The position numbers were made by a program, and so were the translations under genes. A stretch of DNA of 64,000 nucleotides from a virus (taxonomy: Duplodnaviria > Caudoviricetes). The stretch covers positions 138,273-202,272 of the IMG/VR virus record IMGVR_UViG_3300046318_000439; one strand, 5' to 3'. Shown here one piece after another: positions 46,706 to 57,440 of this stretch. The notes under the pieces were generated by a model. The model searched no databases, had not been told where the DNA came from, and saw only the letters and a program-made list of their open reading frames with translations. Position 1 is the first letter of the stretch; every line of letters begins with the position of its first letter.

Positions 46706-48316
46706 TTAATTTAATAGCCAATTATCGTTATTGGCTGGAACAGCTATCAAAGGTTTTTCCTCAAACACATCCTGACCATCATCATATATTCCAAATGGTG
46801 TTAAGGAATCCTCTAGCATACTTTCTTGATCTGCATATAAGTTCTGTCTTAAATCAGTGCTTGTTAGTTCTTTTACATATGGCTGTTCCATTAACCATGA
46901 GAATAAAACACAACACATTACTAAGTCATCATGTCCTTCTTCTGCCTCATAAGAATCACCTTTAGCAGAAAAACGGAACAATTCGTTTATCAAATCTTGA
47001 TCTTCTAAAAATATTTTATCATTTTCGACCATAGATTTAAAGTTTGAACATCCAATCTTCTTTACGGTCCTTGATGTTTTGACACCAATATTAGAAGTAC
47101 CACCAAACCCTCCAGTGATTCTTTGACCTGACTTTTGGTCTGAAGTGGTATAGAATACATGTTCATACTCTAACTCGTAATATAATATGTCAGCAACTTG
47201 TTTACCGATATCATTTGATTCCACTAAGCAATATGCATTATTATAGTGTTTAGCTAACTGATACACCATTGATGGGTATATTAAAGATGATATCTGGTTG
47301 TTTCTATACACAGCAGCCACCTTGTACGGTATTTCCGTAATATCGAAAATAACAAATGCTGAATAGTCTGAACCTATGCCCCTTGACGTATCCACAACAG
47401 CTGTATATAATCGGCCTTGTGCCGGTTCTGAATATATCTTTAGGTGTTCAGTATGCTTTAGGGGATTCGAGTAAGTAAGCATCCTCAATTTAGTTGGACT
47501 AATTAAGGTATTAGATGACCCTAAAAACTCACAATCGTATTCTTGCCTGAATTGTTCTTCAGAAGTATTTCGAACAATCTGCTCTTTCCAAGCCTCATCG
47601 CGACCAGGTACTTGTGACCAATGCACATCAACGCGTTTGTAATCATTACGGCCTTCTTCACTATCCTTCCATAGCTTGTAAAACATATTCAAGCCATTAG
47701 GTGTAGATGTAATAATTACTTTAGAACTATTACCAGAAGAAATTGTAGGATATACAGACATGAAGAATTCTTCTTGCATGTTGTTTGGAACGAACGCGAA
47801 CTCATCAAGGTAGATTAAGTTCTGAGACGTACCACGAATTGCTGAAGACGATGTAGCCGATGCAAGAATCTTCGAACCGTTGGCTAACTCAATAAAACCT
47901 TTATTCCATTCCACAACACCTTGCTGTAACCATTTTGGTAAATGTTCAAAAGCCATTTGAATACGACCTAGAATTTCACGAGCCTGAGATAGTTTGTTAG
48001 CTAAGATTGCAACTGAGTAGTTTTCGTTAAACAAAACATAGTGCAAAAGGATTGCTGCTACTGTAGTTGTTTTACCGACCTGTCGAGGCATCTTACAAAT
48101 AACAAAACGCTCTTGATCAGATAACTCAACAATTTCTTCTTGGAATGGCCAAAGTTCAAAAGGCACTAAACCTTTATCGACGTTCACAATCTGAACATAT
48201 TTTTTTATAAAATATAATTTATCTGTAGCACAACGAGTATACTCTAATAGCTGTTCTCTTGAGAATTCTATCTTGTCATGTATACTTGATAAATTTTGAT
48301 TGCCGTTGTATGACAT
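46706..48316 (-). CDS. gp17: terminase large subunit
   Basis: PRQVGKTT, IYLDEFAF, ITSTPNG, VDTSRG, HDDLVM. Confidence 0.97.
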   Translation of the reverse strand: MSYNGNQNLSSIHDKIEFSREQLLEYTRCATDKLYFIKKYVQIVNVDKGLVPFELWPFQEEIVELSDQERFVICKMPRQVGKTTTVAAILLHYVLFNENYSVAILANKLSQAREILGRIQMAFEHLPKWLQQGVVEWNKGFIELANGSKILASATSSSAIRGTSQNLIYLDEFAFVPNNMQEEFFMSVYPTISSGNSSKVIITSTPNGLNMFYKLWKDSEEGRNDYKRVDVHWSQVPGRDEAWKEQIVRNTSEEQFRQEYDCEFLGSSNTLISPTKLRMLTYSNPLKHTEHLKIYSEPAQGRLYTAVVDTSRGIGSDYSAFVIFDITEIPYKVAAVYRNNQISSLIYPSMVYQLAKHYNNAYCLVESNDIGKQVADILYYELEYEHVFYTTSDQKSGQRITGGFGGTSNIGVKTSRTVKKIGCSNFKSMVENDKIFLEDQDLINELFRFSAKGDSYEAEEGHDDLVMCCVLFSWLMEQPYVKELTSTDLRQNLYADQESMLEDSLTPFGIYDDGQDVFEEKPLIAVPANNDNWLLN

Positions 48317-48759
48317 TATTGTTCAACATCTTTAATATTGTTATTCTTTAATGCCTTGAGAAGTTCAGCTGTACTACCAACAAAGAGATTATTATTGACT
48401 GTTTGAGCGGATCCCTTACCATCAATCTTGTCTAATTCTTTTTTCTGTTTAGCAAGATTCATTAAGTCTTTATTCGCATCCACCATTGTTTTCACTAGAT
48501 TGGCTGCTACTTCAAATGCTCTTGGATGTTGACCCATACCAGCAACATCTAAAATGCCATCTAGCGCCTCTCGTCCCTTTTCGATGGTCGCAATGATGTT
48601 ACCACGAGCATATTCGTAATCATCCTCTATCTGATTAGGATCAGTGGTCTGAATAGGAGTAGGAGGTGGCATAGTGGTCATAGGAGTAAGACCTAGGGCC
48701 TCTCCTATGCTATCCGAGCTTGACGATAAATCCGTATTGGCTGTTTGCTGTGATTTCAT
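48316..48759 (-). CDS. gp16: terminase small subunit
   Basis: DDYEYARGN, HPRAFEV, NNLFVGSTAEL. Confidence 0.92.
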   Translation of the reverse strand: MKSQQTANTDLSSSSDSIGEALGLTPMTTMPPPTPIQTTDPNQIEDDYEYARGNIIATIEKGREALDGILDVAGMGQHPRAFEVAANLVKTMVDANKDLMNLAKQKKELDKIDGKGSAQTVNNNLFVGSTAELLKALKNNNIKDVEQ

Positions 48760-49528
48760 TTCTACCTACACTCACTGAAGCGTTGGATGTTGGCGACCCG
48801 TTAGCTAACTGGCCTGGCTCGACGGTTACTTTGTCGACGCTCTCTGCAACACCTACTGCATCATCTATGTTATCAAAATTCGAAGCATCAAAGAAGTTTG
48901 TATTAGCTAAAGTAATTACTCCAGAGCTGCGTACTGGACCGTAGAAGTATCCCTTCATGATAAAATCTAATGTCCAAGTAATTACTCTTCGCTCTTCAAA
49001 ACTGCCCTCATATGTGTCTTGAGGGGTGACGTTTAATAAAACTAACGGAATATCCTGTACAATATTCAATTCAGGAATTAAATTAATTGTGGTAGTCCAT
49101 TCTGGCGTAAAGTATGGAAGAATTTGTTCAAGTAGTTGTGTACCATCTTCTTGATTCTTAACCATAATATACAACGAGAAAGATATATCGTATGGCACTG
49201 GACTATACGAATAACTAAATTCATTCGCTGTATTACTAACCTTCCTATTCTTATTTATCGTTGGTAATTTACGAGTAGGAGCATATGACATAGTCGTTAT
49301 TTCAAACGACATGCGTGGTAGGACCATGGCTACTGGCTTGGATAATTCAGGATTAGACTCTAGTCGAGCTAGTACCTTCTCACGTGGTGCATACTGTAAA
49401 GGTACCTTAATAGTATTAACTACATTATGAACGCTATATGTTCTGTTGATATAGAGATCGTTAAACAGTGTACCAAATAAGGTTACATATTTTTTAAGAG
49501 TGCCGTGATAAAACGTTTTTCCTAGCAT
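48710..49528 (-). CDS. gp15: tail sheath stabilizer/completion protein
   Basis: FGTLFNDL, VPLQYAPREK, LPRMSFE, QLLEQILPYFTP. Confidence 0.95.
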   Translation of the reverse strand: MLGKTFYHGTLKKYVTLFGTLFNDLYINRTYSVHNVVNTIKVPLQYAPREKVLARLESNPELSKPVAMVLPRMSFEITTMSYAPTRKLPTINKNRKVSNTANEFSYSYSPVPYDISFSLYIMVKNQEDGTQLLEQILPYFTPEWTTTINLIPELNIVQDIPLVLLNVTPQDTYEGSFEERRVITWTLDFIMKGYFYGPVRSSGVITLANTNFFDASNFDNIDDAVGVAESVDKVTVEPGQLANGSPTSNASVSVGRNEITANSQYGFIVKLG

Positions 49529-50250
49529 CAGTAAGTTCCTTCACTGAAAGGATCGCGTTCACTGAAGTTGATAAAGTTATCAGCTTCTTCTTGGATTTCA
49601 TCGTTTTGTGCAGTAGGATCTATAACGTCAATATCATAGGATTCTTGCAATAAGGAGAATCCATCTTCTAATCTAAGCTCAAGACGTGACTCTGTAGATA
49701 TTGCAAAGTTGTTAAGCTCAATGTTGTAGTTTTTCTCAATAGCGTCAATTTCACGAACGCCTGTATTAAGCACCTCTCCGCTGTACTCAAACATCTCACA
49801 CTTGATATCGTATGATGGTAAAGAACCAAGAGGCATCATTACTGGGAATTTTTCCACATATGTTATCTTTAGTAAGCGTTTGGCTACTGGCAAGTAAATT
49901 AAATCACCTTCACGAGGCCTCAATATGCCTACTGGTTGTGTGATTTCATCTTGAAAGGTTCTCTGCGATATTGAGAATGTTACTGAATCTCTTATTTCTA
50001 AGTTAAACTTCTGAAGGAATGAACCTTCCCCTTCAAATTGATCAAATGACTTTAAATATACATCTAGCAGTAAAGCTCGCTGATATTCATTTAAAGCATC
50101 TTCTGTGTAGATTTCATCTTTATCTACTGTTTCTCTTGGAAGATAAAAAACATCAATTCCGTGAATTTTTATTGATTCAGCAACTAGCTCCGCCAGGAGA
50201 TCTTGCTCCATAGCGTTTTGATGTTGATCAAAATAAAAGTTGGTAGCCAA
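49528..50250 (-). CDS. gp14: neck protein (TTG start)
   Basis: ESIKIHGIDVFYLPRE, RPREGDLIY, CEMFEYSGE, FSERDPFSE. Confidence 0.93.
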   Translation of the reverse strand: MATNFYFDQHQNAMEQDLLAELVAESIKIHGIDVFYLPRETVDKDEIYTEDALNEYQRALLLDVYLKSFDQFEGEGSFLQKFNLEIRDSVTFSISQRTFQDEITQPVGILRPREGDLIYLPVAKRLLKITYVEKFPVMMPLGSLPSYDIKCEMFEYSGEVLNTGVREIDAIEKNYNIELNNFAISTESRLELRLEDGFSLLQESYDIDVIDPTAQNDEIQEEADNFINFSERDPFSEGTY

Positions 50251-50251
50251 A

Positions 50252-50995
50252 TTAGCCCACCATATCCATTACTGGTAGAGAATAGTTCATAATCATCTCT
50301 TGTTCCATCTTCTTGATATCAGCATCTGCTTCGTCGTAGATCTGCTGCCCATTGAAGGTAATTCCTCCAGGCATCTGCATTCCGTTGAATTTCTTAAGAT
50401 TGGTACCCCACTGTCTTTTAATAAGAGCAGTAGCATAGGTAGCCAACCAGCGGTCTCCCCAAACATCTGTATATACTGTTGGATCGATTACTTCATATGC
50501 TTCTACAAGTAGATATTCACCTTCATTAAGAGTATTCCAGTCCATATCCACGTGAAGTTTGTCTCTATGTCTTGTATAACGAATTGGCTGCTTACCTACC
50601 AACAATTCTTGAATAACCGCCAAATGCTGCATTACCATGTAATATGGTACCAACGATACAGAGGTTAGTGTGTAAAGATCATTGAGGGCGATTTGATAGC
50701 GAATATTAAACAAATCATCTGAGCGGACAGATGGATCGCCAATAGAGAAAATACTTACTGCGCCAATGATGTTTTCTGGCAAAGTAATGTATTTGTTAGC
50801 TTTATCGGTAGATGTTACTTGGTGTTTGTAGTATGTTTTCTCAGTAGCATCAAAGTGATAATCCCCATAATACTTTAACGCTTCATCGATACGATCTTCT
50901 ACTTGATCATCTTCTACGTTAATTGATAGTACTGGTTTACCGAGAGCTCTTAAGCAATATTCTTTGAATGACGCTCTATCAGCTGGTACGGCCAT
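50252..50995 (-). CDS. gp13: neck protein
   Basis: YCLRALGKPV, YHFDA, IKRQWGTNLKKF, LPVMDMVG. Confidence 0.95.
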   Translation of the reverse strand: MAVPADRASFKEYCLRALGKPVLSINVEDDQVEDRIDEALKYYGDYHFDATEKTYYKHQVTSTDKANKYITLPENIIGAVSIFSIGDPSVRSDDLFNIRYQIALNDLYTLTSVSLVPYYMVMQHLAVIQELLVGKQPIRYTRHRDKLHVDMDWNTLNEGEYLLVEAYEVIDPTVYTDVWGDRWLATYATALIKRQWGTNLKKFNGMQMPGGITFNGQQIYDEADADIKKMEQEMIMNYSLPVMDMVG

Positions 50996-51542
50996 AGCGC
51001 AACTCCTTATTTATTTTTCTTGTTTTTAACATCTTTTCAATATTTTCTATATTCTTCATGGGATTATTTAGAACCATTGCGCTGGATCTAGTTGCTGTGT
51101 GTTTCTTAGCAGCTTCCTTCATGCGATGTTTGGATTCCTCTTTGTGAGTTTTTCCAATCCAACTAGCAATGGCTTTGTCGTGATTGCAGTTATAAGTACC
51201 GCGTCTCTTCCAACTAGTACTCATTTTTTTACGAGTTTCTTCGCTATGACCATCACAAAAAAACGTACCATTATTGTTGTGCTGATTGTAATAATGAGGA
51301 TTGTTAGCAGCGTTTACTGATTGAAGAATTGCTGATTCCAAAGCACGCATATTGGAAAGCGTGCCAGTTGCTATGATTTGACGAGTAAATTGTTGAGGAG
51401 ATTGCTTGTATTCTTTTAGTAATACTTTACTAGAACACACATAACCATCATTCGGGGTACCCTTGTGTACCCCGACGTAAATCCTATTGTTTTGTGTATT
51501 CGTCCAACAGTATACAAAAGCCTCAGGTGTAGGAACGGCCAT
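50979..51542 (-). mobile_element. GIY-YIG (Seg-like) homing endonuclease
   Basis: FVYCWTN...IYVGVHKG...GY..SS, YYN, NUMOD3-like GHSEETRKKMS. Confidence 0.8.
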
Positions 51543-51562
51543 ATTTTTCTCCTAATATGGCG

Positions 51563-51570
51563 TATTTATA
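51563..51570 (-). promoter_or_regulatory. T4-type late promoter
   Basis: TATAAATA upstream of the endonuclease/gp13 unit. Confidence 0.75.
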
Positions 51571-51616
51571 TACATCCAAAATACTAGGTTTATTTATCGT
51601 GAATTTGAGTAATATA

Positions 51617-52183
51617 TCAAACTCTCGGTATCAGCCTGTAATATTGAACAACTCCATGTTCAAAAGAATGGAAAACCCATGGTCTGAAGAATACACCTTG
51701 GTTTGCTTCCATCCTTACATTTGTCGTAACATCCCACTCAAATAAATTTCTATAGTTAAACTGATATCCATCTAAAACTGTTTTGGCGTCTACTTGATTG
51801 TAATCATTGAAGCGAACATCTTTTACATGATGGTAAGTGTTGAATGTTGTATCTTGCAGGGCGATGACAAAGCACCATTCATTTAAATTATCAAAGTGTT
51901 CGAAGTGAATGAAGTTGTTGAATGGTTTTCTGATGATCCCTGAACGACGATGATCTACTACAACATCCTCCCCCAACATTTTAGAAAAAACTCCATCCAT
52001 TCCTGGAAACACTAGATTAAAATCTGGCACTTCAAGTCCGTAGGGCCTTTCTACGTATTGGAGTCCATCTACAACACTGCATAAGTCCTCAGCTTCTTTC
52101 TTAGGAAAGAAACCATCAGCATGAATTAGTTTTATAGCGGCTTTATTAACCTGCACATCATCCTTTTTATTCTGCTCGCTCAT
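51617..52183 (-). CDS. 2OG-Fe(II) oxygenase-like protein (DUF6445-like)
   Basis: IHADGFF, IHFE (HxD/E), NQGVFFRPWVFHS. Confidence 0.6.
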   Translation of the reverse strand: MSEQNKKDDVQVNKAAIKLIHADGFFPKKEAEDLCSVVDGLQYVERPYGLEVPDFNLVFPGMDGVFSKMLGEDVVVDHRRSGIIRKPFNNFIHFEHFDNLNEWCFVIALQDTTFNTYHHVKDVRFNDYNQVDAKTVLDGYQFNYRNLFEWDVTTNVRMEANQGVFFRPWVFHSFEHGVVQYYRLIPRV

Positions 52184-53609
52184 TAATAATAACTCCTAAA
52201 TCCTTTAAATTATTATAGCTGTCTCTTACCCAAAACGGATAGTGATTTTTATACCTTAAACTTTCACTCAAAGCATGAAAGGCAAAATCCTTTGCATTTT
52301 CCAAATCATTTTGCTGTTTAAAATACTTACTTAGTAATATAAAAGTTCTAGGTCTAAACCAGTTAGTTTGAGACTCAGTCAAATTCAAATATCGAATACC
52401 ATAGTTATATACATTGTTCCAATCTTTTTCTTCAAAACTGTAATCTAATAAAAAGCGGATATAGTATGGATCATACTCATTCTTTTCAAACTCTTTCAGA
52501 CACAGTTCTTTATAGAAAGATGTTTTGTGAGCTGTTGTTGGAGAATACTTAAAGAAATTTAAACCACTTTTGGAGGATATATTACCCCAAGAGGACGTAC
52601 GAGAAATTTCCTCATGTACAGGTCGTACCCAACTAAATCCATTTCTTCGGTGTACTTTGATCTTACTTTCTACTTCAATGTATTTTTGCTCGTCAAAGTT
52701 ATATAAGAAACATTTGGTTAAATACGCTGAGTTGAGGTAACTATATCTTATATCATCTATTGCAGAAGGTGGCATATCCATTCTCTCATTAAAATCTAAT
52801 GATATGCACCAATCAACATCAGTAGGAATTAAATCTAAACAGTCGTTTCTTGCTTGGGCAAAATCAAAAGAAGGATACTGCTTTTCTGTAACCTTAACGT
52901 TGTGTTGTTTTAATAGCTCTACAGTCTTATCCGTAGAACCAGTATCTAACACATACACATCATCAAAATTGCTAACGTTTTGTATGAACTTTTCAATGTT
53001 ATGCTCTTCATTTTTACAAATAGCATAACCAACAACTTTTGGTACTGCATGTGCAGGCTTTCCTACTACCCAACACCCTTCCATAATATCAAACCGAGCA
53101 AACGACTCACGCACTGCTTGTATCACGCCTGGCCAGCTAAGACAGAAATCATCGCCTGCTAAGATCCCACCTGGTTTTAGTTTGGGCCACCATGCTTGGA
53201 TATCAGCTAATACATCCTGGTACTCGTGTGAAGCATCGATGAATATGAAATCTAAACTCTCATCGGGAAATCGAGTTACAGCTTCAAGCGAGGGTGCACG
53301 CATTGGAGTATAATAATTCTCCAATGGTTTCATATTAGTTGTAAATGTATCGTAAAGGCTAGAAAGTTCTTCTTTATTTATTTCTTGATGTTCTACAGAC
53401 CCCATCCATGTATCGACACAAGTGAAAGATATGGATTTATTAGAGTTAGCTATTTCTACTGCCATGAAAGCAGATGATTTGCCTTTCCATGAACCTACCT
53501 CAACAAACTTACTACCGGACGGAAACTTACTTACAACGTCCGCATAAAGTTTAGCATACGAAAACCAGTTTTCCCCAAACTCTGGCTGTTGATAAATGTG
53601 ATCGATCAT
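52167..53609 (-). CDS. SAM methyltransferase (Methyltransf_24-like) fused to GT2 glycosyltransferase and helical repeats
   Basis: VEVGSWKGKS, FIDASHEY, LKPGG; YAICKNEE, DTGSTD, FAQARN. Confidence 0.82.
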   Translation of the reverse strand: MIDHIYQQPEFGENWFSYAKLYADVVSKFPSGSKFVEVGSWKGKSSAFMAVEIANSNKSISFTCVDTWMGSVEHQEINKEELSSLYDTFTTNMKPLENYYTPMRAPSLEAVTRFPDESLDFIFIDASHEYQDVLADIQAWWPKLKPGGILAGDDFCLSWPGVIQAVRESFARFDIMEGCWVVGKPAHAVPKVVGYAICKNEEHNIEKFIQNVSNFDDVYVLDTGSTDKTVELLKQHNVKVTEKQYPSFDFAQARNDCLDLIPTDVDWCISLDFNERMDMPPSAIDDIRYSYLNSAYLTKCFLYNFDEQKYIEVESKIKVHRRNGFSWVRPVHEEISRTSSWGNISSKSGLNFFKYSPTTAHKTSFYKELCLKEFEKNEYDPYYIRFLLDYSFEEKDWNNVYNYGIRYLNLTESQTNWFRPRTFILLSKYFKQQNDLENAKDFAFHALSESLRYKNHYPFWVRDSYNNLKDLGVIINERAE

Positions 53610-54613
53610 TCTGCAAAAATATCGTGGTTAATCACATTGCAGAATTCTTTCAACTCTTCTTTTGAGAAATTCATAATACCGTCATTGAGGCGATCTGTAA
53701 ACTCTGTTTCCACCCCACCAAAACGAATTGGGCTATACATTGGAGCGTGATCTTTTTTACGGAAAATTCTAAAATGATCTGCGTATGTCACATTCTTCTC
53801 GAATGTACTTCCCATAAAGACAGAACCAGGTTTATTAAATGAACGAGCCATATGCTGACCAACACTATCACAACCAATATAATAGTCACATTCACTAATT
53901 AGAGCCATGTACATTCTTAAATCTGGATTAAAGTTTGTAAGGTCAGGTGTAAGGGTATCCCCAGGATGACGCAATTCTTTTTGACCGAAAAAGAATACTA
54001 AGCAATCTTTATCTAAATTTTCTAACATAAAAAGATAGTCATCCACATCTAAACTTCTAAATGTATTATCAAATGGACGCCCGTTCATTAGAGCCATGCA
54101 ACTTCCATATGGTTGAAACACAACAACTTTATTTTTCTTATGTATTTCCTTAAACTCACCAATAATTCTTTTAATTGAATTACGTTCGTATGTGCTTAAA
54201 TATAGCTTAGGAATGCCTAGATCAGAATGATCGGTAGTGTTGTTGATTTGTCTATCGAATGCTTCTGCAAGAGATATTTGTTGATTGTAATAATCATGAA
54301 TATAATATGGCTCTGGACAAACAGCGTCATAATCTTTTAGGTAGCAATCGAATAAATCTTTCTGATGTACACCTACAGTGCGTTTCTGTAGTATCGGATG
54401 ACTCCAATATAAACTATCCCACCCATGCACAATCACTCTAAAGTCATTGTCTGGATTCAATCTGTGAAACTTCTCCAGTGCTGGAATTGCTGTTATAACT
54501 CTTCCAGCTCCACCATTAATAATAAACGTTTTATTCATTTCCATAATCATTCCACCATTGTTTCCAATTAATAAACGGGTCTTGTTGTTGCTCAAACTGC
54601 ATGTGTAGGGCAA
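53606..54613 (-). CDS. GT-B fold (GT9/heptosyltransferase-like) protein
   Basis: INGGAGRVI, FQPYG, YIGCDSVGQHMARSFNKP; true start likely near 54550. Confidence 0.7.
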   Translation of the reverse strand: MPYTCSLSNNKTRLLIGNNGGMIMEMNKTFIINGGAGRVITAIPALEKFHRLNPDNDFRVIVHGWDSLYWSHPILQKRTVGVHQKDLFDCYLKDYDAVCPEPYYIHDYYNQQISLAEAFDRQINNTTDHSDLGIPKLYLSTYERNSIKRIIGEFKEIHKKNKVVVFQPYGSCMALMNGRPFDNTFRSLDVDDYLFMLENLDKDCLVFFFGQKELRHPGDTLTPDLTNFNPDLRMYMALISECDYYIGCDSVGQHMARSFNKPGSVFMGSTFEKNVTYADHFRIFRKKDHAPMYSPIRFGGVETEFTDRLNDGIMNFSKEELKEFCNVINHDIFAE

Positions 54614-55334
54614 GGCTTGGTATTGGATTAAATCTTATAGCCTTGTTTTCGTAAAATATTTTCCAAATAGTATTCGATTCTTCATAGTGTTCTGTTCTTG
54701 GGTTTAAGTAATCCCCATTATACTTTAATGCCAACGTTTCAAACAACTCCCAATTATCCTTGAACACTTGTGGCTTTGTCAACATCACATTAGTTGTAAA
54801 TATTCCAGTTCTCCAATGTCTGCGGGAACCATGTACTACAAAATCAGTACGGTTAGGAGGATTGTATTCTGACGGCTCATCGAAAGGATATAATACTATC
54901 TCCTCTCTTTTTAATCTGCTGACAAACAATTGATACGATTCTACCATTTCTTCTATCGCAGTCGGGCAATGCAGAAAATCATCCTCAATAGAATATACTA
55001 AATCTGCTTTACTATCTCTGCATTTGAGAAACTGATGATATGCTGAGTTGTTGTAGCCTTTTTCTTGAAGCTGAATGATCTCGGTTGTAAAAGGTAATTG
55101 ATTGCACTTTGTTCTAAGGAATGTTAGAAGGTCCTCGCTAGACGAATCGTCTAATATAATTAAATTAATATTAATGCTTGCTGATGCGTTGATTAATGTT
55201 CTAGTGAGAGAGTTAAAACATCCTTTAATAAGTTCATTTTTTTGTAGGTTACAGTACCTCACTCTCCAGTCTACATGAACATTACCTCGATCGCACGTTC
55301 TTAAAATAACTTCTAAACGCACTACGATCTCCAA
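54531..55334 (-). CDS. GT-A fold glycosyltransferase-like protein
   Basis: ILDDSS, GYNNSA, YSIEDDFLH, LALHMQ. Confidence 0.65.
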   Translation of the reverse strand: MEIVVRLEVILRTCDRGNVHVDWRVRYCNLQKNELIKGCFNSLTRTLINASASININLIILDDSSSEDLLTFLRTKCNQLPFTTEIIQLQEKGYNNSAYHQFLKCRDSKADLVYSIEDDFLHCPTAIEEMVESYQLFVSRLKREEIVLYPFDEPSEYNPPNRTDFVVHGSRRHWRTGIFTTNVMLTKPQVFKDNWELFETLALKYNGDYLNPRTEHYEESNTIWKIFYENKAIRFNPIPSLALHMQFEQQQDPFINWKQWWNDYGNE

Positions 55335-56095
55335 ACTTCCATATTTTTAAACCGTGATGTTATATCTGGAGGAAGGATGGAGTTGCGAGGCTTATATTCT
55401 ACCTTTTTCTTTACATCGTGTAGTTTAATTCCGATCTCTTTATCATACTCGTCCCAACTAGCTTCGACGTTGTTAAAATCATGTTCATAATATGGCTCGC
55501 CAATAAAATTGTACAACGCCATCATAATCTCTTTTGGATTTTTACAAAGCTGATCGTATTCTAAAATAAACAACATTGATGTGTCGGGTCCAGTTATTGC
55601 TTGCTTAATCCCCACATAAGGAAACCCAATAATGCCCTTTGTGTCCATTAACTTCTCAGCTCGCTCATACACTGATTCTCCAACCCCTCCAGTTACGGTA
55701 TTAGTTGAAAAGGGATTACGTCTGTGTGCCACTTCAAAGCTATCAATCACCCAATTCAAATCACGTACACATACAATCATTTTGGAGTTAGGATAAATGT
55801 CTTTCGTGACATTGGTTAAGTATGTCCATGCTCGATTAGTATTAAAAATAACTTCTTTGTTGTTGTCCTCGTAATAACCTTCAAATAAATGCTTGACAAG
55901 ATTGCGCCGACGTTCGAGTGGCACTTCTGCTTTCATGCCAGGACTACTTTGACATTCTTCAATAACCCCTTTCACAAGATTTGCGAGCGGGTCTGTTATC
56001 GAGGAGTGAAATCTAGGATTTTGTTTTAGTATAGAGGTAAGTAGAGTCGATCCTGAACGGGGCAGACCTGTAATAAAATGATATGTTTTATCCAT
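55322..56095 (-). CDS. sulfotransferase family protein
   Basis: GLPRSGSTLL (5'-PSB loop), CVRD..W...S, LEYDQL. Confidence 0.85.
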   Translation of the reverse strand: MDKTYHFITGLPRSGSTLLTSILKQNPRFHSSITDPLANLVKGVIEECQSSPGMKAEVPLERRRNLVKHLFEGYYEDNNKEVIFNTNRAWTYLTNVTKDIYPNSKMIVCVRDLNWVIDSFEVAHRRNPFSTNTVTGGVGESVYERAEKLMDTKGIIGFPYVGIKQAITGPDTSMLFILEYDQLCKNPKEIMMALYNFIGEPYYEHDFNNVEASWDEYDKEIGIKLHDVKKKVEYKPRNSILPPDITSRFKNMEVWRS

Positions 56096-57440
56096 TATTT
56101 AATTCCATTAATTTAATCAATTCTTTCTGTACATTTTCTAAAGGTTCAATCCAACTGCGCACTTTTGTTTGTTTGTGCACTTGAAAATTATCACCATACC
56201 AAGGGGACGATGTATCTTTCCTTGTAGTAGACCAAATGTAATATTCAGCAATAGGAACAATAACAAAGGTGGGTTTTCCTATTGCTCCTGCAGCATGTAC
56301 AAGGCTAGTACATGAGCTGACTATACAATCCATCTGATCTATAAAATCTAATGTATCTTCCCAACTATTTATTCTGTCGCCAAGATCGATTGTTCCAGGA
56401 TGTCCTACTTCTTTATCAATATAGTATATACTACAGTTTTCTGGTAAATATTTCAACATTAACTCCAGTGGAATTTTTCTATACTCGTCCTGAGAAAAAT
56501 AAGGATTGCCACTACACTTAATGCCAATTTTAAATTTATTATCGTCTAGTTTGTTTTTCGGATTACGCAAAGGAGTCATGTAGGGTCCATACCACAACTT
56601 ATCTTCTGTAATATTGAGTAATCCAGGCAAGCTCATCAGTGGCGCCCAAAGCTGAGTGGTGTCAATAGAATACATTTCTGTTATAACATCAAACCCATGT
56701 CTTCTAAACAATTTTACAGTATCTTCTCGATACTTACACCAAGTAGAATAAAGGATAGGCTTCATTCCTAAATCCTTTAAATACTTAAAGAAACGAATGT
56801 TTATTAGTTCGTCTCCTATGCCACCTTCCCCATCGATGTAAATTGTTTTACCTGGTTGTACTATACCATTCCAGCGTTTCATTTTAAGGACATCGTCAAA
56901 CTTACCATTTTTTGGTTTGAATGTATCGATGAAAGACACAATGCCTTCAGCTGTTTTACCATCCCTTAACAATTTTCCAGAAAGTGCGCTTTTCATATCC
57001 TTAGCCCGTTCTGGATATTTGTCACACAAAGCTAGCAATATATCTTCAGATGTTTTTCTATCCCCTGTCAAAGCTATATTAAACGCCTTCTGTGTTTGGG
57101 TTTCAAAATCATCTGGCATCAACTCTAAATTTATATTGATATAAAATAAGGCTTTTTCAGGATAGTTTAATGCGTTGTATGCTTTATATAAATTTGACCT
57201 AGCAATAAACAGCTGCTCTGGCGTTTCTGCTTTTGTATAAGCAGCCTCAGCGCATTTTAGATACATTTGACGGTGTTCAGCCTTAAGTGCAAGATAACCT
57301 AAAGTATCAAAATCGCTAATTGTTGTAGCCTTTGGAAAATAAAGTTCTAATATTTCAAAAACTATTTTTCTTTTTTCTTGGATTAATAAATCCATGATCA
57401 CGGGCTTGAGATCTTGGATTGTAAAAATATGTTCACTCAT
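56088..57440 (-). CDS. TPR-containing GT9-like glycosyltransferase
   Basis: Helical repeats then EGGIGDEL, IGIKCSGNP, TSLVHAAGAIGKP. Confidence 0.75.
   Translation of the reverse strand: MSEHIFTIQDLKPVIMDLLIQEKRKIVFEILELYFPKATTISDFDTLGYLALKAEHRQMYLKCAEAAYTKAETPEQLFIARSNLYKAYNALNYPEKALFYININLELMPDDFETQTQKAFNIALTGDRKTSEDILLALCDKYPERAKDMKSALSGKLLRDGKTAEGIVSFIDTFKPKNGKFDDVLKMKRWNGIVQPGKTIYIDGEGGIGDELINIRFFKYLKDLGMKPILYSTWCKYREDTVKLFRRHGFDVITEMYSIDTTQLWAPLMSLPGLLNITEDKLWYGPYMTPLRNPKNKLDDNKFKIGIKCSGNPYFSQDEYRKIPLELMLKYLPENCSIYYIDKEVGHPGTIDLGDRINSWEDTLDFIDQMDCIVSSCTSLVHAAGAIGKPTFVIVPIAEYYIWSTTRKDTSSPWYGDNFQVHKQTKVRSWIEPLENVQKELIKLMELNNG

Noticed and set aside
7339-48316. Introns or inteins in gp43, gp41, gp17, gp20 or gp23
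   Set aside because: ORFs are continuous and of normal length, with no intein or intron hallmarks
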